Source: Candidatus Poribacteria bacterium (lineage in GTDB: Bacteria; Poribacteria; WGA-4E; WGA-3G). From it: 64,000 nucleotides of DNA. The stretch is from NCBI GenBank assembly GCA_963663765.2, contig CAXXUA010000005.1, forward strand, positions 1,728,001 through 1,792,000, given 5' to 3'. Below, in pieces: positions 62,637 to 64,000 of the stretch. A model generated the notes under the pieces. It ran no database searches, had not been told where the DNA came from, and saw only the letters and a program-made list of their open reading frames with translations. A program made the position numbers and the translations under genes. Position 1 is the stretch's first letter. Every line of letters begins with the position of its first letter.

Positions 62637-63962
62637 ATGTCTAAACGAGAAGAATTCATTCAAGTTGTTAACACCTTCAAGACTGTAACACCAAGCATTA
62701 CAGATATTCAACGGCGTGGTCTGTTGAAACAAGCGGTACAAAATTATGACCTATCGGTTGAAGAAGCATCTGAAATTCTGAAGTCTCTGGGGTTGATGGT
62801 CGGTGATGAACTAAACTACTTTGAAGTGTTAGAACTTTCTATAGAAGACTTACAAGACCAGAGTGAGGACGCAATAATAATCAGCGTTAATGAGGCACAT
62901 ACGAAATCCTACAGCACCTCGTTACGTGCAGGTGGACTTCCACGTCCTGACGGTAGAACACAGGAACAGTGGCGGACGGTGCTAAACCAAGCACGCAATA
63001 CTCTAATAAACCCATTTAAACGAAAAGCATATTTGGATACGCTTCTGACCGAAGAATCTATTTTAGAGATTACTCCAAATAACATCTCTAATCCTCAAGT
63101 GGATGTTCTTCAAACTGAACCGGAAAAATCGACAGCAGAAGCTCAAAATATTACAGCAACAGCGATTAAGACTGTCTCAAGTTCAGACTTAACAACTGTC
63201 CCTCCTGATATGACTGTACCTGATGATATGGTTTTTATCCCCGCAAGTGAGTTTCAGATAGGTAGGCAGTCAGAAGCGGGAAATGGCAGAAAATTGACTC
63301 ATCAGACTGTATACTTAGGGGCATTTTTTATTGACAAATATCCTGTTACCAATACACAATATAAGAAATTTCTGGATGCAAACCCGGAATGGCAGAAAAA
63401 CAGCATCTTTCAAAGATACCATGATGGAAGTTATCTCCAATCATGGCGTAACAGTAACTATCCTCGAGGGAAAGCGGAGTATCCAGTTGTTGATGTGAGT
63501 TGGTATGCAGCAATGGCTTATGCAGATTGGGCAGGAAAACGTTTGCAAACGGAAGTGGAGTGGGAAAAGGCAGCCCGCGGCGGATTAACCGGAAAAATAT
63601 ATCCATGGGGAGATGAAATTGATATGAGTATAGCGAATTACGGGGTGCAGTACGGAAGTACAACGCCTGTCGGGAAATACCCACCAAACGACTATGGTAT
63701 TTATGACGCAGTAGGTAACGTTTGGGAATGGTGTCTTGATGCACATAACGATAATTCCACACACAGCAGTTCCAATTTAGCAGAAAACAGTGTTGATAAG
63801 ATCACTAAAAACTATTTGGCAATTGAAACCGCTCGTGTGTTACGAGGAGGTTCTTGGGCAAGTAGTGAACGCGCTACACAGATCGCTTATGTTGGATGGG
63901 CTGCCCCAAGTTTTACACGTTACAATTACGGCTTTCGATGTATAAAAGAAATAAGTCTGTAA
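62637..63962 (+). CDS. J-like module + FGE-sulfatase domain, paralogue 7
   Basis: Same motifs (RLQTEVEWEKAARGG variant); N-terminus nearly identical to paralogue 6. Confidence 0.88.
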   Translation: MSKREEFIQVVNTFKTVTPSITDIQRRGLLKQAVQNYDLSVEEASEILKSLGLMVGDELNYFEVLELSIEDLQDQSEDAIIISVNEAHTKSYSTSLRAGGLPRPDGRTQEQWRTVLNQARNTLINPFKRKAYLDTLLTEESILEITPNNISNPQVDVLQTEPEKSTAEAQNITATAIKTVSSSDLTTVPPDMTVPDDMVFIPASEFQIGRQSEAGNGRKLTHQTVYLGAFFIDKYPVTNTQYKKFLDANPEWQKNSIFQRYHDGSYLQSWRNSNYPRGKAEYPVVDVSWYAAMAYADWAGKRLQTEVEWEKAARGGLTGKIYPWGDEIDMSIANYGVQYGSTTPVGKYPPNDYGIYDAVGNVWEWCLDAHNDNSTHSSSNLAENSVDKITKNYLAIETARVLRGGSWASSERATQIAYVGWAAPSFTRYNYGFRCIKEISL

Positions 63963-64000
63963 AGAGATGTTTCTAATTTCATTTGTAAGGTGAACTAACA

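Noticed and set aside
51574-63962. Diversity-generating retroelement acting on the FGE-sulfatase C-termini
   Set aside because: No reverse transcriptase, Avd or non-coding template repeat in the window; differences between the closest paralogues include synonymous C/T changes rather than an adenine-specific pattern. A trans-acting DGR elsewhere cannot be excluded

Overview
A ~40% GC bacterial window whose gene content suggests Candidatus Poribacteria (inference, no database search): an ECF sigma factor fused to WD40, secreted proteins ending in a 'V.P..K....W..(I/L)K' tail, PhyH and a sulfatase. Housekeeping genes are purA, rpsI, rplM, tkt and tRNA-Glu/Lys. They are interspersed with a very dense, nested mobilome: two intact tnpB elements, an ISAs1 interrupted by an ISKra4/ISLre2-like IS, five MITE-like end families carrying GTAG-REP-like hairpins, and 34/36-bp micro-insertions. 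The main candidate novel system is at 47.7-64 kb. A consensus sigma70 promoter precedes a GrpE-like gene and a lid-less Hsp70 with an altered J-binding surface. These are followed by eight paralogues sharing a ~135-aa N-terminal module with a degenerate J-domain (R-x-D instead of HPD), fused to one WD40 and seven non-catalytic FGE-sulfatase domains that are mosaics of each other. Also notable are a duplicated cytochrome c + UGA-readthrough (selenocysteine, WGSW-U-GC) thioredoxin-fold operon missed by the ORF track, and an Rpn gene with an internal RBS/ATG.
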